64,000 nucleotides of DNA, taken from NCBI GenBank assembly GCA_049999805.1, contig JBNGIO010006317.1, positions 779,144-843,143 of the forward strand. Reading direction: 5' to 3'. Source of the DNA: Folioceros fuciformis (Eukaryota). Each line of letters opens with the position of its first letter. The stretch's first letter is position 1. The notes below the pieces were generated by a model, which was not told the origin of the DNA, did no database searches, and saw nothing but the letters and a program-made list of their open reading frames with translations. The position numbers and the translations under genes are program-made. Shown one piece after another: positions 21,861 to 35,900 of this stretch.

Positions 21861-23153
21861 GACATTGTGTTCTTCTAGAGCTTGCGATTTATCGAAACTT
21901 CGAGAACAGAACTAGCACGCATAGGGCTTAGCCGGTGTTTCGACAGCGTCGGACATTTGCGTCTACCTGTCTGCGGAGGAAACCCGACAGGCGTTCATCA
22001 GTGATGAGAAAGCCGTAGTATGATCGCTCGGTTATCATTCCCATCGACGTTTTCTGATGCTATCACCACTGTTTGTGATCCACTTCCTCATCAATCAGCT
22101 CATCTTCCTGAATGTAATGTGCCTGTAAACTCTGTCCTGTCCAAGACAAGTGCATCGAGCTTGAAAAGAGTGGAAGACTGTGATTCAGTTTAGTACCTCC
22201 AATCTAAATCTCATCGCATGGCCCATGTACAAGGCGCTAGTATACCGAACCGGAGAGTCTTGGGGTTCCATCCCAGTCGGATCGGTCGTTATCTCTGTGA
22301 TCGCTTCCGCATCTCTTTTTATGGCATCAATGTTTGCGCAGCTATAATCACACACCATGCAACCGGACAACCTGGTCCAGTTTGCGATCAACCACCAGCT
22401 GATGTTCCTGACATGAAATGCACGTCTGTCCTCCATTGAGCGGCATGTGGGTGGATTTCACATTCAAGTGAACAAAATAGGATTCACTAGTCTACCTGTC
22501 TTGATTGCATGTCCCGATGGACAAGGCGCTGTTCTACGGAATCATAACTTCTGGTTACGATCTCTAGAGTATGATCGTTCGTTTCCCTTACCAGCTTGGA
22601 CAGGGAATTTTAGTCTCCCACGGAAGGCCTGTCGAGCCCCCTAGTAAACCCTGTGGCCCTTGATGCTCAAGCACTAGCTTCTGCGGATGCGAATTATCCA
22701 ACTGTTCCCTCTCCCTCCCTTGCCGAGGGTTTAGGGTTCTGTTCTCAAAGTTTCGATGAGACGAAAGCTCAGCAGGAACACATGAACCGGCACGCAAATG
22801 GCTTTCGGTGTTTCGGTGGAGTTGTACCCCACGCCTGAAGGAACAAGCCCTCATTGTCGATAGGTACTATTTTAAAATTTTCCCGCACCGTGAACGAGCG
22901 TTTAAATTACACCAGCCCTACGCAGCGCCAGCTTTTGTTGCACTTCATGAGCGGCTCAGTCACGCTCTTCCCAAGGCCATCACTCGAAAGATGCAGGGCT
23001 GCCCTGGGTGTTGTGTTGGTTCAAAGATTTAGGTCTTGGATATGGAAGTGGTCTACAGCTCTTAGCAGTCGGAGTTGCTTGCTCGTTGGGAGGCCGAGTG
23101 CCTGCTTCCCAGCTTGTAATCTGGTGGCTGGGGGCAGGCAGAGTAACCGTGGG

Positions 23154-24235
23154 ATGGAGAAGCTCGTTGTGTTTGACTTCGATCACACTTTGATCGACTG
23201 CAACAGTGATACCTGGCTTGTGAAAAAGCTTGGTGCTTGGGAGCTCATGAAATCTCTGAGAGAACTTCTTCCCTGGATTGCATTGATGGTATGCAAGCGG
23301 GTTTGTTAGGTGAAGACTGTACGTTTTGGATGCTTCGTTGTACACTGAATACCCTCTGCTGGAGCGTGTAGGATAGAATGATGACTGAGCTGCACAACTC
23401 TGGAAGAAGTCTTACGGACTTTGAGGAGTGTTTAAAGACTTGTCCACTGCAGCCAGCAATGTTGGAAGCAGTCCAATTCGCAGCGGCCTCGGGGTGAAAA
23501 TTGCTGCTGGCATGCAAGACTTGGTGGTTTACATTGCCTGATGTGGTTTGCCGGGCATGGCTAAACCGTGTTGACTCTCATTTGCGGGGACAGTGCCTGA
23601 TCCAGGTGTGAGCTACAGATTGTAAGCGATGCGAATTCGTGGTTTATCGACACCATTCTCCTGGCCCATGGTATCAGACATCTGTTTTCCCAGATACATA
23701 CCAACCCTGCCCATGTGGATGCAAGTGGGGTTTTGCGGATACTTCCGTTTCATCCCGGTAGCGACCTGCCTCACAATTGTCCGCTGTGTCCACCAAATAT
23801 GTGCAAGGTAACTGATCTCAACTCAAGCAAGCGATTGAGGAGTGTGTCCACTGCACTGTATCTGTAGCTAACTAAGTGTACTCCGCCGGTCAGGGTTCGA
23901 TTGTGGATAAAATCCTGGAAGATGGTCGCCAAGTCAGAAAGCAGGTGGTGTATCTGGGAGATGGCAGAGGAGATTTCTGCCCTGCATTGCGACTGAAAGA
24001 AAACGATTATGTCCTCCCAAGATCAGGGTACATCACTTTTTCCAACTTCTTCTTCGAGCTACAACTTGAGGTGGCATCGGCGTTCTAACTTTTGCCCCGC
24101 AGGTTCCCCCTTTCGAAGCTCCTGGATGCAAGTGACGGTATCAAATGTCATGTTCAACCGTGGAATTCCGCTGGAGACGTTGCAGTTCTGCTCAGGCATT
24201 TGTTGTCAAGTCACAGCACTGAGAAAGGTCTGTGA
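23154..24235 (+). CDS. HAD-family PHOSPHO1/PS2-like phosphatase, 5 exons
   Basis: VVFDFDHTLIDCNSD (DxD motif), IVSDANSWFI, CPLCPPNMCK|GSIV, YLGDGRGDFCP; GT-AG introns. Confidence 0.92.
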
Positions 24236-24876
24236 GGAGTGTACAACCACCACCAGGCGTCCACGGACGGATTTGAGAAAATTCGCGGGTGTATTGGCCG
24301 TATAGTCACCAACATTGCATTCCTTTGACAGAACTCAAGGCTCTGTCACGCCGATCTTGCAGATGCTGAGTCTTCCTCCGTTGCCTCCGTTGTCCATATC
24401 GAAGACGGGTTAAGTGGACCGCAGCTACATTAATCATCGTCGCCAAAAAACAAATTGGGAAAGTGAAAATTAACTTTATTGAAAAGAGATGGAGATCAAT
24501 AAAAGTGAGGAGGAACTCTCCACTCTGGGAGACGGGATTAGCCTCCTCTTGTATTTCTTCAAAATTGTGGTATCCACTCAGCCACATATACGATATGCAG
24601 GATACGGTGATATGTGATTGAGCTTCATAATTGATTTAATAAACACCCTTTAAAAAGCCTAAAGAAAGTTTGGGATTTTAGCCATACTTGTTATTTTCCT
24701 TGACAAGCCCTTTCTACTTAGATGGTATTAAAACCTAAAGTCATTATGGAGAAGTAATATCTTTTAGGGATATAAAGAGAGGATGTAGCTAAGCTACTTG
24801 TCTAGCATAGAAATAGGTTCTTCCTCTTTCCTTAGTGGTGGTGTGTATGGCATGTATACATTGCTTTGCAAAGAGC

Positions 24877-25020
24877 ATTGGGCACTACATTCTTTAGAAC
24901 AACAACAAGTGCAAGTCAAGCGACTTCTTCAGCACCAATAATAGGTAGGCATTTTGGGCACTGCATTCTTTAGAACAACAACAATTGCAAGTCAAGCAAC
25001 TTCTTCAGCACCAATAGTAG
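24877..25020. repeat. Two tandem copies of a ~75-bp unit in decayed AT-rich DNA
   Basis: GGGCACT(A/G)CATTCTTTAGAACAACAACAA..CTTCTTCAGCACCAATA occurs twice. A further diverged direct repeat links about 24712 and 25195. Confidence 0.75.
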
Positions 25021-26813
25021 ATAGGCCTTTTGTTATTCAGCATCATCTGAGGTTGTTCTTCATTTATCTTTGGAGTCGATGAGACTTTCCATCTCATTTT
25101 TAATAGTAGAAAATAAATTCATTTCTTAACCCTTATGGAGAACAATAGCTTCACATTTTGTAGACACTATCTGGCTCTCACCCTTCGTTTTCTTTCTACC
25201 TAGACATGTTAAAACCCAAAGTTGTTGTGGAGTAGCAATATCCTTGAGGGACATTGAAGAAAGGATGTAGCACATACGAGGACTAGACATTGCATATCAC
25301 TATCAAGACCTTGGGGGGCAAAAGAGTTGTATGGAGAAGTCAAAAGCTTTCTAAATCTCATCACCCAATGCTAATGTCAATGAAGAAAAACATTGTTAAA
25401 TCGAAGTTGTCATGATTGATTAGTGTGGATTGAAGCAAAAAACTCTCATAAGATAGAAGTGTCTTGGAAGCAGAAATGGGCACCACCATGAGAGCTAGGT
25501 CCTTTGAATGATCTAGGTCCTTTGAAGTGCGATGGAGTGAAAAGGGCACTCTTATAAGAGCTCTCTATGTATCTAGTGCTCAATATTAAGTGCTAGTGAA
25601 AAGTTCTTATCTAAAGGATAGAATATGATATGCATGGGATGCTAGGTAGACAAAAAAATAAAACATAATATACAGCAGATGCTAAGAAAAGAAAAAAAAC
25701 TATGTTGTAGTATAGGTATATATTCATGTTAAGGCAATAATAATATGCATGTTCTTGATAATTCATAGGTTGTCACGCAATGTGCATTGGGTACGGGGAA
25801 ACACACACGCTGGTGCACTCAAGGTACAAATAATAACAGGGTTAGGCCCGTTTCACAAGCCTAGTATAAATCCTGACATGCCTCATATGATTGGAAAGTC
25901 GATTTGTACCCATTTCATAAGGACTAAATAACCCACACCCTTGCTCTTACGTGGATGCAACGGCAAGGTGTTAGAAAACATTGGCCAAGTCAGTTGGTGT
26001 TTTGTGATATTATTATGTACCCTGCATCGACAAATGGCATAGCAAGTCAATTCTTATTTTTACAAGTCTTTTCTTGTAATGTTATCCACCTTGTATGAAA
26101 GACCGCTTACAGAACTAGCCCGAACACGCCCAAGGTGTGTGAAGGCCACTATGGAGACACCGAACAAGAGGAGAGTACCTGCCATAGAGCCACGGAGGAG
26201 AGTGCCTGCCGTAGAGCCGCAGAGGAGAGTGCCCGCCCGCCGTAGAGCAGCAGAGGAGAGTGCTCGCCATAGAGCCGCATCCTCGGCTTCGTATGTAGGG
26301 TTCTGCCATTGTCGCCACGGCAAGGTGTCCTTGACATGAGGTAATTATGAGGTATTGAGTGGCAATCAAGTTTTTGGATGACCTAACAAGGCTCTCTAAA
26401 GTTTCTGGTTGACATGATGAGAGCAAAGTTTCGCTTGGCGGGTTTGCACTTAGCAGGTTTGTGCGAGGATGAATGGCCTAAGGCAATTACGAGGTACTGA
26501 GTGGCAATCAGCTTTCTAGATGAACTCAACGGCTCTCAAAAGTTTTTGCTTCACATAACAAGCTCTCTAACTCAACAAGTTTGGCAAGTTTCTAGGTTTT
26601 TTTGGCTAGACTATGGCTAGGCAACAAGGTCATGGTGGTGAGTCTTCACCGTAAAGACGGCCTTCCCAAACTTTTTCAAGTTATCTATTTGGCTTAGGAG
26701 GGGAGTCGATAGTTCAAAGCTACAACTTTGAATAGTCCTCTCAGACGTGGAGCCAACCTCCAAGTCAACAAATATCACAAGGATGCTCCCTTCCTAAGCA
26801 ACAAGCATTCTCA

Positions 26814-27564
26814 ATGCCTTTGCTTGGAAGTGCCATGCCAGGTTCTGGTTTCAAACAACCTGCACCAGGCAATGTCATTTACTTAGAAACTGGTCAAGAG
26901 GTTCCAAATTCACAGGACACTAGCACAGGGTCAAAGAAGCGTAGGGGGGAAAGTAGAAAACACTTGGAACTAGAAGGGGAGGATCAGGTTCAAAGGACAA
27001 GTGGTAGAAGGGGTCCACAATGGATTGAACACCATACCATCTACTTGATCCACCTTAGAGGTTCTATGAAGGAAGATTTCAACAAAGCACCCAAGCAAGG
27101 TATCGACATGTGGAACAAGCTCTACACGAGATTGTGTGTGGTCTGCCCGGATTTCGACAAGGATTCTAAGGCATGCCGTCAGAAGCACAAGAGCCTCAAG
27201 AAGGATTACAAGAAGGACAAAGCAGAGAATGAGACAAGTGGGCATGGAAGGTCTCATAAATGTAAGTTTTTTTTACCTCATGGATGAATACCATGGTAAA
27301 CGTTCTGTGGTCAATTGCCATGCACATGCTAGCTCCCTTCCTAGGACATTTGCTACGCCCGGGGGAGGCTCTATGGACTCTATGATGAGCTCTACTTTTT
27401 TGGATGTCATAGATAGTCTGGAGAGTGAACCTAAGCCACCACCAGATTGTAAGCCCATATACCAGGAATCAGATGGCCGCATTGGCATGTGGCCAAAAAG
27501 AGAAAAAGGTAGGAAAGAGAGACCCAGGACTAGCAAGTATGGAATAGATGGCCAAGCGCAATAG
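26814..27564 (+). pseudogene. Harbinger Myb/SANT-like DNA-binding protein (frameshifted)
   Basis: QWIEHHTIYLI...MWNKL...CRQKHKSLKKDYKK...CKFF, continuing as YLMDEY in another frame across a poly-T run. Confidence 0.75.
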
Positions 27565-27925
27565 ATGGCCAAGAATTTTTATTATATACAAGAGTACAAG
27601 GCAGTTAAAGCGCAAAAGTTGACTTTACTCCAATCCATGAACGACATACTTGGCAACTTGGCAACATACTTGATGCACAGATAGAACACATGAGCTAGTT
27701 TTGGTAGAATTTGCTTTTTCTAGTTTCTATTGTTTACCTTCGGTGTCCGTCTCCATTTACCTAAGATCCAAAACCTTGTTTGCCTGTCTTTTCAAGCGAA
27801 ATTCATATAGGCTTTTGGCTTAAGCCCTCTGATGTGCCACACCTTGTCTGTAACCAGCCCTTGCATATGGGTTTTGGTCTCCACCATCGGCATGGTATTC
27901 CACATTCACCATATTTCGTCTTTGC

Positions 27926-28950
27926 CTATGCCTCTATAGCTAGCCTTAAAGCTTCTTGTTGCAGTGGAGTCCACCACTGATGATTGCTAGAAGTGGATCT
28001 TTGAAGTTCAAGAGTAGCTTGATTGAACCATTCATCCTCAAAGCCATCATTATGCTCCATGCACATGTTATGCAATACTAGGCATGCACTAACAATACAA
28101 AACACAAGGTACATTTTTCAACTTCATGTCATTTCTTTTTAGCAAAATACGAAACTACTTTTCAGTATGTCGTATGTCCTTTCCACCACCATTCGAGTAC
28201 TACATTGAATAAAATTCCAGTGGGCTTCCTCCCTTATAAATCTATCTTTATACCCACGTAATGGGGTTAATAGATGTACTTAAGGCCAATAACTTGCATC
28301 TCCCACTAAGGCAAACTCATCTAGCATGCCTGCTGCACATCTTTTCCCAATTTCCGACCGCTCCCACAACTTCCAATCATTCATGCTACTTGCCCAATCG
28401 AAATCCTAATCCCAAACCATTCCTTTTGCATTCACTACTTACTAATTGGAGCAAGCAACTATGAAACCCCTTCTTGCAATAATAGTCAGCATGGTACTCT
28501 TTTTGTGCTATAATGGGAATATGGCTACCATCTACTACTCCTAAACATAAGGAATTCCTCTCAAGGCCTCAAACTCAGCTGCATACATCTCCATCTTACT
28601 TCTGGATGACCATTAGATGTACACATCATGCAAGACAGCCCTAAGAGCATTGCAAAATTCTAATACGATACCTTGAACAATAGATATACCATACTCATAC
28701 AGGTCAACAATAGTGGACAACCTATCCCCACTAGCCAAGCACATTAAACTAATGGATACTTTGAGCATCACTGGGACTACATCTCTAGTAATTCTGTCTT
28801 GTTTTTGAAGCATAGGTGCGAACTTCATACAAATGAAGTCAAAGGTAGGTCTACTTACACACATCCTGTTCTTGAACAACTTTGCAGTGTATGGCCCCAT
28901 AAGGCTCTTGTGGAAGAATGTTTGAGAACGTTGAATGACCCAATGACGCC
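27926..28950 (-). pseudogene. Harbinger DDE transposase (HARBI1-like) remnants
   Basis: FKNRMCVSRPTFDFIC, GVVDGSHIPI...YYCKKGFHSCLLQ, STRMVVERTYDILK, ACLVLHNMC; interrupted by stops and frameshifts. Confidence 0.85.
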
Positions 28951-29997
28951 GGCTATGCCTATGTGCATGTGAACCCCTGCTTAGTGCCTACCTCATTGTA
29001 TTGCAACCTCATTGTATTGCAACATATGATCGGTAGTAGAAATACTAGCTTGTAAATTCAAAAGCAAAGAATGTGATTTGCCTTCTAACGTCATCTACAA
29101 CATGATGCACATCAAAAAAACACACCACACGTTCTGTTCATGGAGATCCATGATAAACTCTAAGTGAAACCGTCTACTCAAATCCAAGCTCCAACCTCCA
29201 GGGTGCACACTTATGAGAAAGAGAAGCAAATGAAACGCCTTTTGCTTTAAGCTAGAGCCTTATATACACCTCTATGGGTAACATAATGGGTCCATGTGAA
29301 AAAGCGTGGACCAGATGTGGAAAAATATACCGATCTCCTCAAATGGGGAACGAGGAAAACCCCACCGTAGCTATGCCAGGGGTGGTATACATTGCCCACC
29401 GTGGCGCTGACACGCGCCACATGTCACTGACATGCCCTAAAATGTACCGGGCTTGTGAAAGCGGCCTTAAGATGTGGCTGGGGCAGATGCCGGCACACAG
29501 GTCGCGCTTTCTGGCCTACAAAGCCTGCCAATGTATAGGAAACCGGAGGACGTGGCCCCATACCCGTACTCCTAGGCTTCAAAAGCTCAGTTTACCTTTC
29601 AGACAGTTTCATTTTGGTTGCAGCTGTGCAGCCTACATGCTGCCAACACCTACATGGGCAATGGCTGCACGGTTGACGTACAGTATATCATCTACTGCCT
29701 TCTTATCGTCGAGAGCCGAACCAGCACCATTACAGTGTTGCGGGCTATTTCCGTACAGTTTTTTATGTCCTCCACTAGTTCAGATCCTTGATCCTCAACG
29801 CATTCGATTTTCCTGCCAGATTGATCCATTTGTCACTCAACCTGCTCTTGTCTTAACAAAATAAAGACTCATAAGCGAATGAAGCTGGGATGACAGAACA
29901 CAAGAATCACTTGAACAAGAGATACCTAAGGCTTCCAAGATGGCAGGGTTCTGTACCACCAGCAGCTTGCGAGCCAGAAAATGGGCGAGGGTACATC

Positions 29998-32900
29998 TCA
30001 CAACTTTGGGCTATTTTCCAATGTCACTTCATATTGAACATCCAGACCCAAGTAACAGTCTGACACTAAAAGCAATGTCAGGCCCTGCATCCGCCACGAA
30101 GTCCAAGATACCTGTTCAGCACGTTAAGGGGTCAACGGCTTCTAGCCGACAGCAAGGCTCATGATCCGAAACTGACCTGAACTTGTAGATGATCAGGGAT
30201 TACAAAACTGGTACGAAGTACATTTCCAAAGCTAGTGCGTTTCAAAGCATGAAGTTCCCAAGTGTTCACATTTCCCAAAACAAGCCACCAGCCTTCATCC
30301 TTCACCTGGAATATGGAATACATGGACACACAAGCTTCACAGATTTGATCTCGACTTGGACAGTACATTCTGTCCGCCATGTGATAACCATTATTACAGG
30401 ATAGCAGATGTCCAACTGCGAGACAATAACTCACTGCAGACTTAGAGAAATATAATTGAAAACGTATTGATCTTCACCTTTGGAAATCGTGGCACATAGG
30501 CCCGCGAGTTGGTGCCACGGGCATTTGTCCTCCGAAGGGTGATGTCCATCAAAGAATCACTACTGGATTCTCCATTTCCAGGTTTCTTTTCAAACGCCCA
30601 CCTCGTTTCAATGCGAGGGAACACAGTCCATGCCTACGCTCAACCGTGTTCAGGCAAAACAATCACACAGCTGTTAAAATCATCTAATCCTAATAAGCCT
30701 TCCACGTTAACAAGATCCGTTTTCCATTTTTTTAATACGGATTAACAAGAACAACTTTAACTGCCAACCTGCAGAACTTCAGATACCGCAGATGCCTGCA
30801 GCAAAGGTTGGAGAGTTTTCCGTAGGCGATCTGCATTTGTCTTCAACAGTTCTGGCATTGTCGTTATGTTTATCTCCATTAATGCATCTAACACCATACT
30901 GTCCATGTGTGGCATCATTTGCAAGGGAGAATCATCCCACCAAAGGCCCTGAGCAAATTTCAAGAAAACTCTGTGATTCAAGTATATTTGATTCCATGCG
31001 CTAACATCGGAAGGAAGGAAGCCTACAAACCGAAGACAAAAAGAACAAAACAGTCCACACCATGTCGAACCTGCAAGACCATTTGCATAAGATGCATTGT
31101 ATCAAGAGCAGTTTTCAACCATCCACCATTAGCAGCAATATCCACCATGGCTTGCAAAACTCGTATACTCTGATCCAGCACTGACTTCGTGTCGGTGACA
31201 TAGTCACTCATGGGAAGCTCCAGGCTGGAAAAATGTGCCTGCAGTCGCACATACGATTTGCATCGCTGTAAGGATTGCAGTACATTTACCCAATAGCACA
31301 ACGCTTAGAGGAACTGCACTTGGTTCACCAACTTTGTTATCAAGAAAAACATACCTGCAGCAATAGGTTGGTTTTGACGTGGGGATCATCCAGGATTCGC
31401 TCATCAACTGGCAAACGAACCTCCTTCGCAAGGGCTTCATTCAACTTGTCCTGCAGTAACCCAAATCAGCTGATCCGTACATCTATTTAGGTCAAAGCGT
31501 CAGCGCTCTAATGCAGATTATGGCTAGACATAAACCACAGCTATGGTTTGACCTCATTATGGCGAACTGGTAACTCATCATACTCCGCAGCACCACAGAG
31601 TGTAAGCAACAAAGCCTGCAGTCAGTCTGAAGCTGTCAGCGCATTGGTATACAAAACCTGAACTCCACAAAGGTCACACTCTGTCACAGGCTACGGCCAC
31701 ACTGAGCCAGGGGTAACCAAACATACTTCGATAGAGATGTCTGCACGAATGTTGGCACTGAACAGTGCTACAGTGGTGTAATTCAGGTAATATTGAGAAG
31801 CGATTGTGCCCGCCATAAGGGGTTCAATTGTCTCATCATCATTAATGCGTAAGCACCCTGAATCCTCCAAGTCTTGCAATGCATCTGTCACTAAACTGCA
31901 GACACAGGGTACAACTTTGAGCTTAAAACAAGTACCCAGAAGTTTTAACCATGTGACCAGCACAAATAACTGAGTTCCTGCTCTGAAACATGCAGATCCA
32001 CTGAGAATTCGAATATTAAACTCAATCCTTGCCTGGATAGGTGAGAATTGATGGCTGCACTGGTATTGTCCTCAACGCCGTAGTAGCTTGGGTTCTTCAG
32101 CTGTTTGCCGCAAAATGCACCCGTCATTGACCAAATAAGTCATGAGGTCCAAGCATAGGTTTCTCCACGATGTCTACAGCTGGAATAAAAACCAACATAG
32201 GACTGACACAAGAGCACTCTAACTACAGAAATGCTGACTATTTAAAGAGAGAAAACAAAGTTGATGGCATGGGCAGACCAGCCGCCGAAACAAGTAGGTC
32301 CACGTAAGATAGTCAATTGCATCTGACTTGCTGGTGATTGTGCCTGATGCCACTTCTGCATTGAGGTGGTCATGCAGGTGGGAAGCAAGACTGCTCTCGA
32401 CAGGAAATGGTTCATACAAAAACTGAAAACAATCCTGAGTGTCAGTCAGTAAACTCTTGAGCAGCACGAGAACGTCAACAAAACCAACACACTGTCACCT
32501 TTTTGTAGAAACTCTTTTTTGGCTCGTGCACAAGAATCACAGCTTTGCCATACTGATCAAACTGCGGACGACCAGCTCTTCCCATCATCTGGAGAACATC
32601 AGTAATAGGGTAGTCGATGTACCGTTTTTCTTTCCCTTCGTAATATTCAGTACCCTGGAAGCACATACCAAAATGACGTTAGTAATGCGCTTATGAGGTG
32701 AAAGGCATATACAGAAGAAACTGAATTATATCGCCTGCCTTGATTATCACGAGATGAGCTGGAAGATTGACACCCCAAGCTAGAGTACTTGTGCAAACTA
32801 AAACCTGTACAACAAATCAAAGATTTCAACAAGAAAACAGGATCATCAATAGGTAACACGACTTTTCTGAAAGATGATTGCCACAGCACACTGAGCGTTT

Positions 32901-35900
32901 TTCCTAATGTGCATAGTCTGAAAGTCAGTTCTGATCACAAAATACCTGAATCTTGTTGTTCAAGAAAAGTTCCTCTGAAAAAGCTCGATCCCGCTCAGTG
33001 AGGCCTGCATGGTGTAATCCAATACCAAACTGCAGAGTGTGCTTCAAATTGCTGTCAGACACCTGATCCACAATCATCATAATTTCATCTTCTGACAGCT
33101 TCAGAAACTGGCGCGGTCGCTCATCCGCAGACGCATACTGCATCAAGGAGAACAAATTGCTATCGTAAACGTTGGCAGATCTTGTTGAAGCTGTCTATGA
33201 TAGTGTGCATGAAACAGAGGGAGTGACATGGCACCTGTATCAAGTCAAGTGCAGTAAGCCGAGTCTGGCGGCGGGAGGAGACAAAGATCAACACAGGTTT
33301 TAGAGGTGAGTGAGTATTGATAGCAGCATATGCAGGTTTGTTCATGCTGTTCATCCGTGGGCAGTAGAATTTTCCTGGAAATCCCTGATGCCAATCATAC
33401 ACGAGTCAGTATGTTCGAGGTCCACCCTCAACACCTTTCAAGATTAAATTCACATGGGTGAGCCATACTTGTATGTGCACTTCCAGGGGCACCGGTCGTA
33501 CGCTTGGTTTGAAGTTGAAAAGCCCAGTTTCTTCAATTCCAAGCCAATCTCCTAAGTCTCTGTGAGTGAAAATTCCTTGGAATCAGGATGTAGGCTGCTG
33601 GAGCTAGAGAATACATACTAGCAGACTAACTGAAACGGACAGCATGTGCGACTTATACCGAGCGTTTGCCAAGGCAGTTGACAATCCTACGAAACGAACT
33701 GGTCGATCTGTCTGAGAAGATATATATCGCATACGTGACACAATCACCTGCATGGAGTATCAGATTACAAGACATGAGACATACAATTGAGTTGTCTTGT
33801 TTGCCGCAACATCAAGCACTGGCGGGTCAAGTTGCAAGAACCTCTAGCACTGGCCCACGGTCAGCTCCAAGGAGGTGGATCTCATCAATCACAATTAGTC
33901 CCACCTACAAACAATTTCAGATGGAAGCGACCTTCTTCAAAAGCCCAAAAGAGGCATAAAACACATGCAAACATTGTGGCAAGGTCTGCCTAGAGTGCAT
34001 GCCTACGATAGAGAGAGCAGCGTGATACCTTTGTGACGTACTTTCGATTCTGCCAGTTTCGGCTAATACCATCCCATTTCTCAGGAGTACAGAGTATAAC
34101 ATCTGCCGAGAGAAGTGCTAAAAGATCTGGTGTCAAGTCTCCAGTAAGCTCGACCTGGAAAATCCGGTAAGATGGTTGGTCTGTGTCATCTGGCTCAAGA
34201 ATCAAGACATGAAACAAGAGTGGCACCTCTTGAATGCAACCAGCTACTCATGCACATCTTGTACTAGCAAAATGATTCCAAAGTCAGTGATGATGAGCAA
34301 ACTGCACCATTCGTTTCCCAAGAGCAGGCATGAGGCCCTTTTGCCAATTTTCCCGCCGCTCCCGAACCAAAGCCTTTAGGGGAGCTATATAAATAACCTG
34401 TAAATTCCAATTGACAAATATCAACAGTGCGTCATGAGAGTGAAGGAAACTCAATGAAATTCATAAATGTTGAAAAGTGTTCAACCTTCGTGTCTGGCTG
34501 CGTGTTGAAAAGATGCATCATAGCTAGCTCAGCTGATATTGTCTTGCCACTGCCTGTTGGTGCACCTAGAAGTACGTTCGTGCTTGTGTGATAAAGAGTA
34601 TGAAATGCCTGCACTTAAAGCCGATGAACACATTCAAGATCACTAACTGAACATCTTGCCAGTCGATGAACTGCCGTGTCCACGAAGATGGTGACGGGCA
34701 TCACCTGTGTCTGGATCGGGTTAAAATGAGAGAACTTGTAAATGCTCTCAAACGCCTTGTTTCCTACTGCCGAAACTGGAAGTGGTCTCAAATCAAGCAA
34801 CTCTGTGTGTGGAGGATGGAGCTGCAAAGAAGAGAACAAGCATCCTGTGTCTGAACAAACAGAGAGCAGAAAATGTGACCAAATAATCCAAACTTAGTTT
34901 GAAGTCAGTCATGACCTACCTCTGGCAGGATGAGATGCTGAAATGACACAGTGTGCACAGTCATCGCTTGCAACCACGAATCTGAGATGGCTCGGACATA
35001 ATATTGTGAAGGCAATGGCTCAAAGATGGGAATTGTGAAACAGATAGAATGGCCTCCTTCTAGCACCATTTTCTTTGACAGCATGAACAGCTCGGAATGG
35101 TATATGTGCTCGTTCTCAGAGTCCTGGGAATCAGATAATAAAAAATAACAGTTTTCTCTCTCTGCGCTTCTGCTAGCAGACGGACTTAAAATCCCTCCAC
35201 CCCGTATAATTTACACAAAAGGTGCGACGAGACAACGAGGGGACAAATCTGAGAAACACACCTCCACCCATATCCACCATCTTTCGGTTGCACCATGGAC
35301 ACGATCCTTCCATGTAAAGTCAGGAGAGATTGTGAGAGAGACCTGTTGTGAACAGGAAGCCACAAACATGCCGTGTTGACATCAGTAATGTCACAGTCAG
35401 AAACTCAGAAATGCCACGAGATTTGAAAGTGCCACTTCAATTACAACTTGCAAAGAATTGAAATAAGAAAGTTGACCCATAACGTACTTGGAGGACTGTG
35501 CGAGTAATGGGGCTTATTCTTGTCAGTAACTCAACTCGAGGAAATTGTTGCACACATTGCATCACCATCTGTGAGAGGCAGTTCCATGTCCATTCTCAAG
35601 TGTGCAGACTGAAAACTAAGCGATTGCAGCATGATTCAAAAGACTGAAGGACGTGGAGGAAAAATATACTGTACCTTTCCTGCATGTGGATGGTTGATAA
35701 TGGCTCCCATCTCCTTCTCGTCCATGTCGTACAGCCGGTCCATGTCAGCCCCTCTATTCTCCAGCTTCGAGAGAATCTGGCAAACAGCCAGAACTTCGAA
35801 TTATCACACTCTGCAAATTACTGTACAGCTCAAAAAAATCAAAACGGCGTTGTAAGCAAGGAACCTCGGGGGAAAGAACGGCATCAAACTGCCGTAGAGG

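Larger units (their letters stand above)
25845..29466. mobile_element. PIF/Harbinger DNA transposon, full-length but decayed
   Basis: TIRs GGCCCGTTTCACAAGCC (25845) and GGCTTGTGAAAGCGGCC (ending 29466); TTA TSD at 25842-44 and 29467-69; convergent Myb/SANT and DDE transposase remnants inside. Confidence 0.9.
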
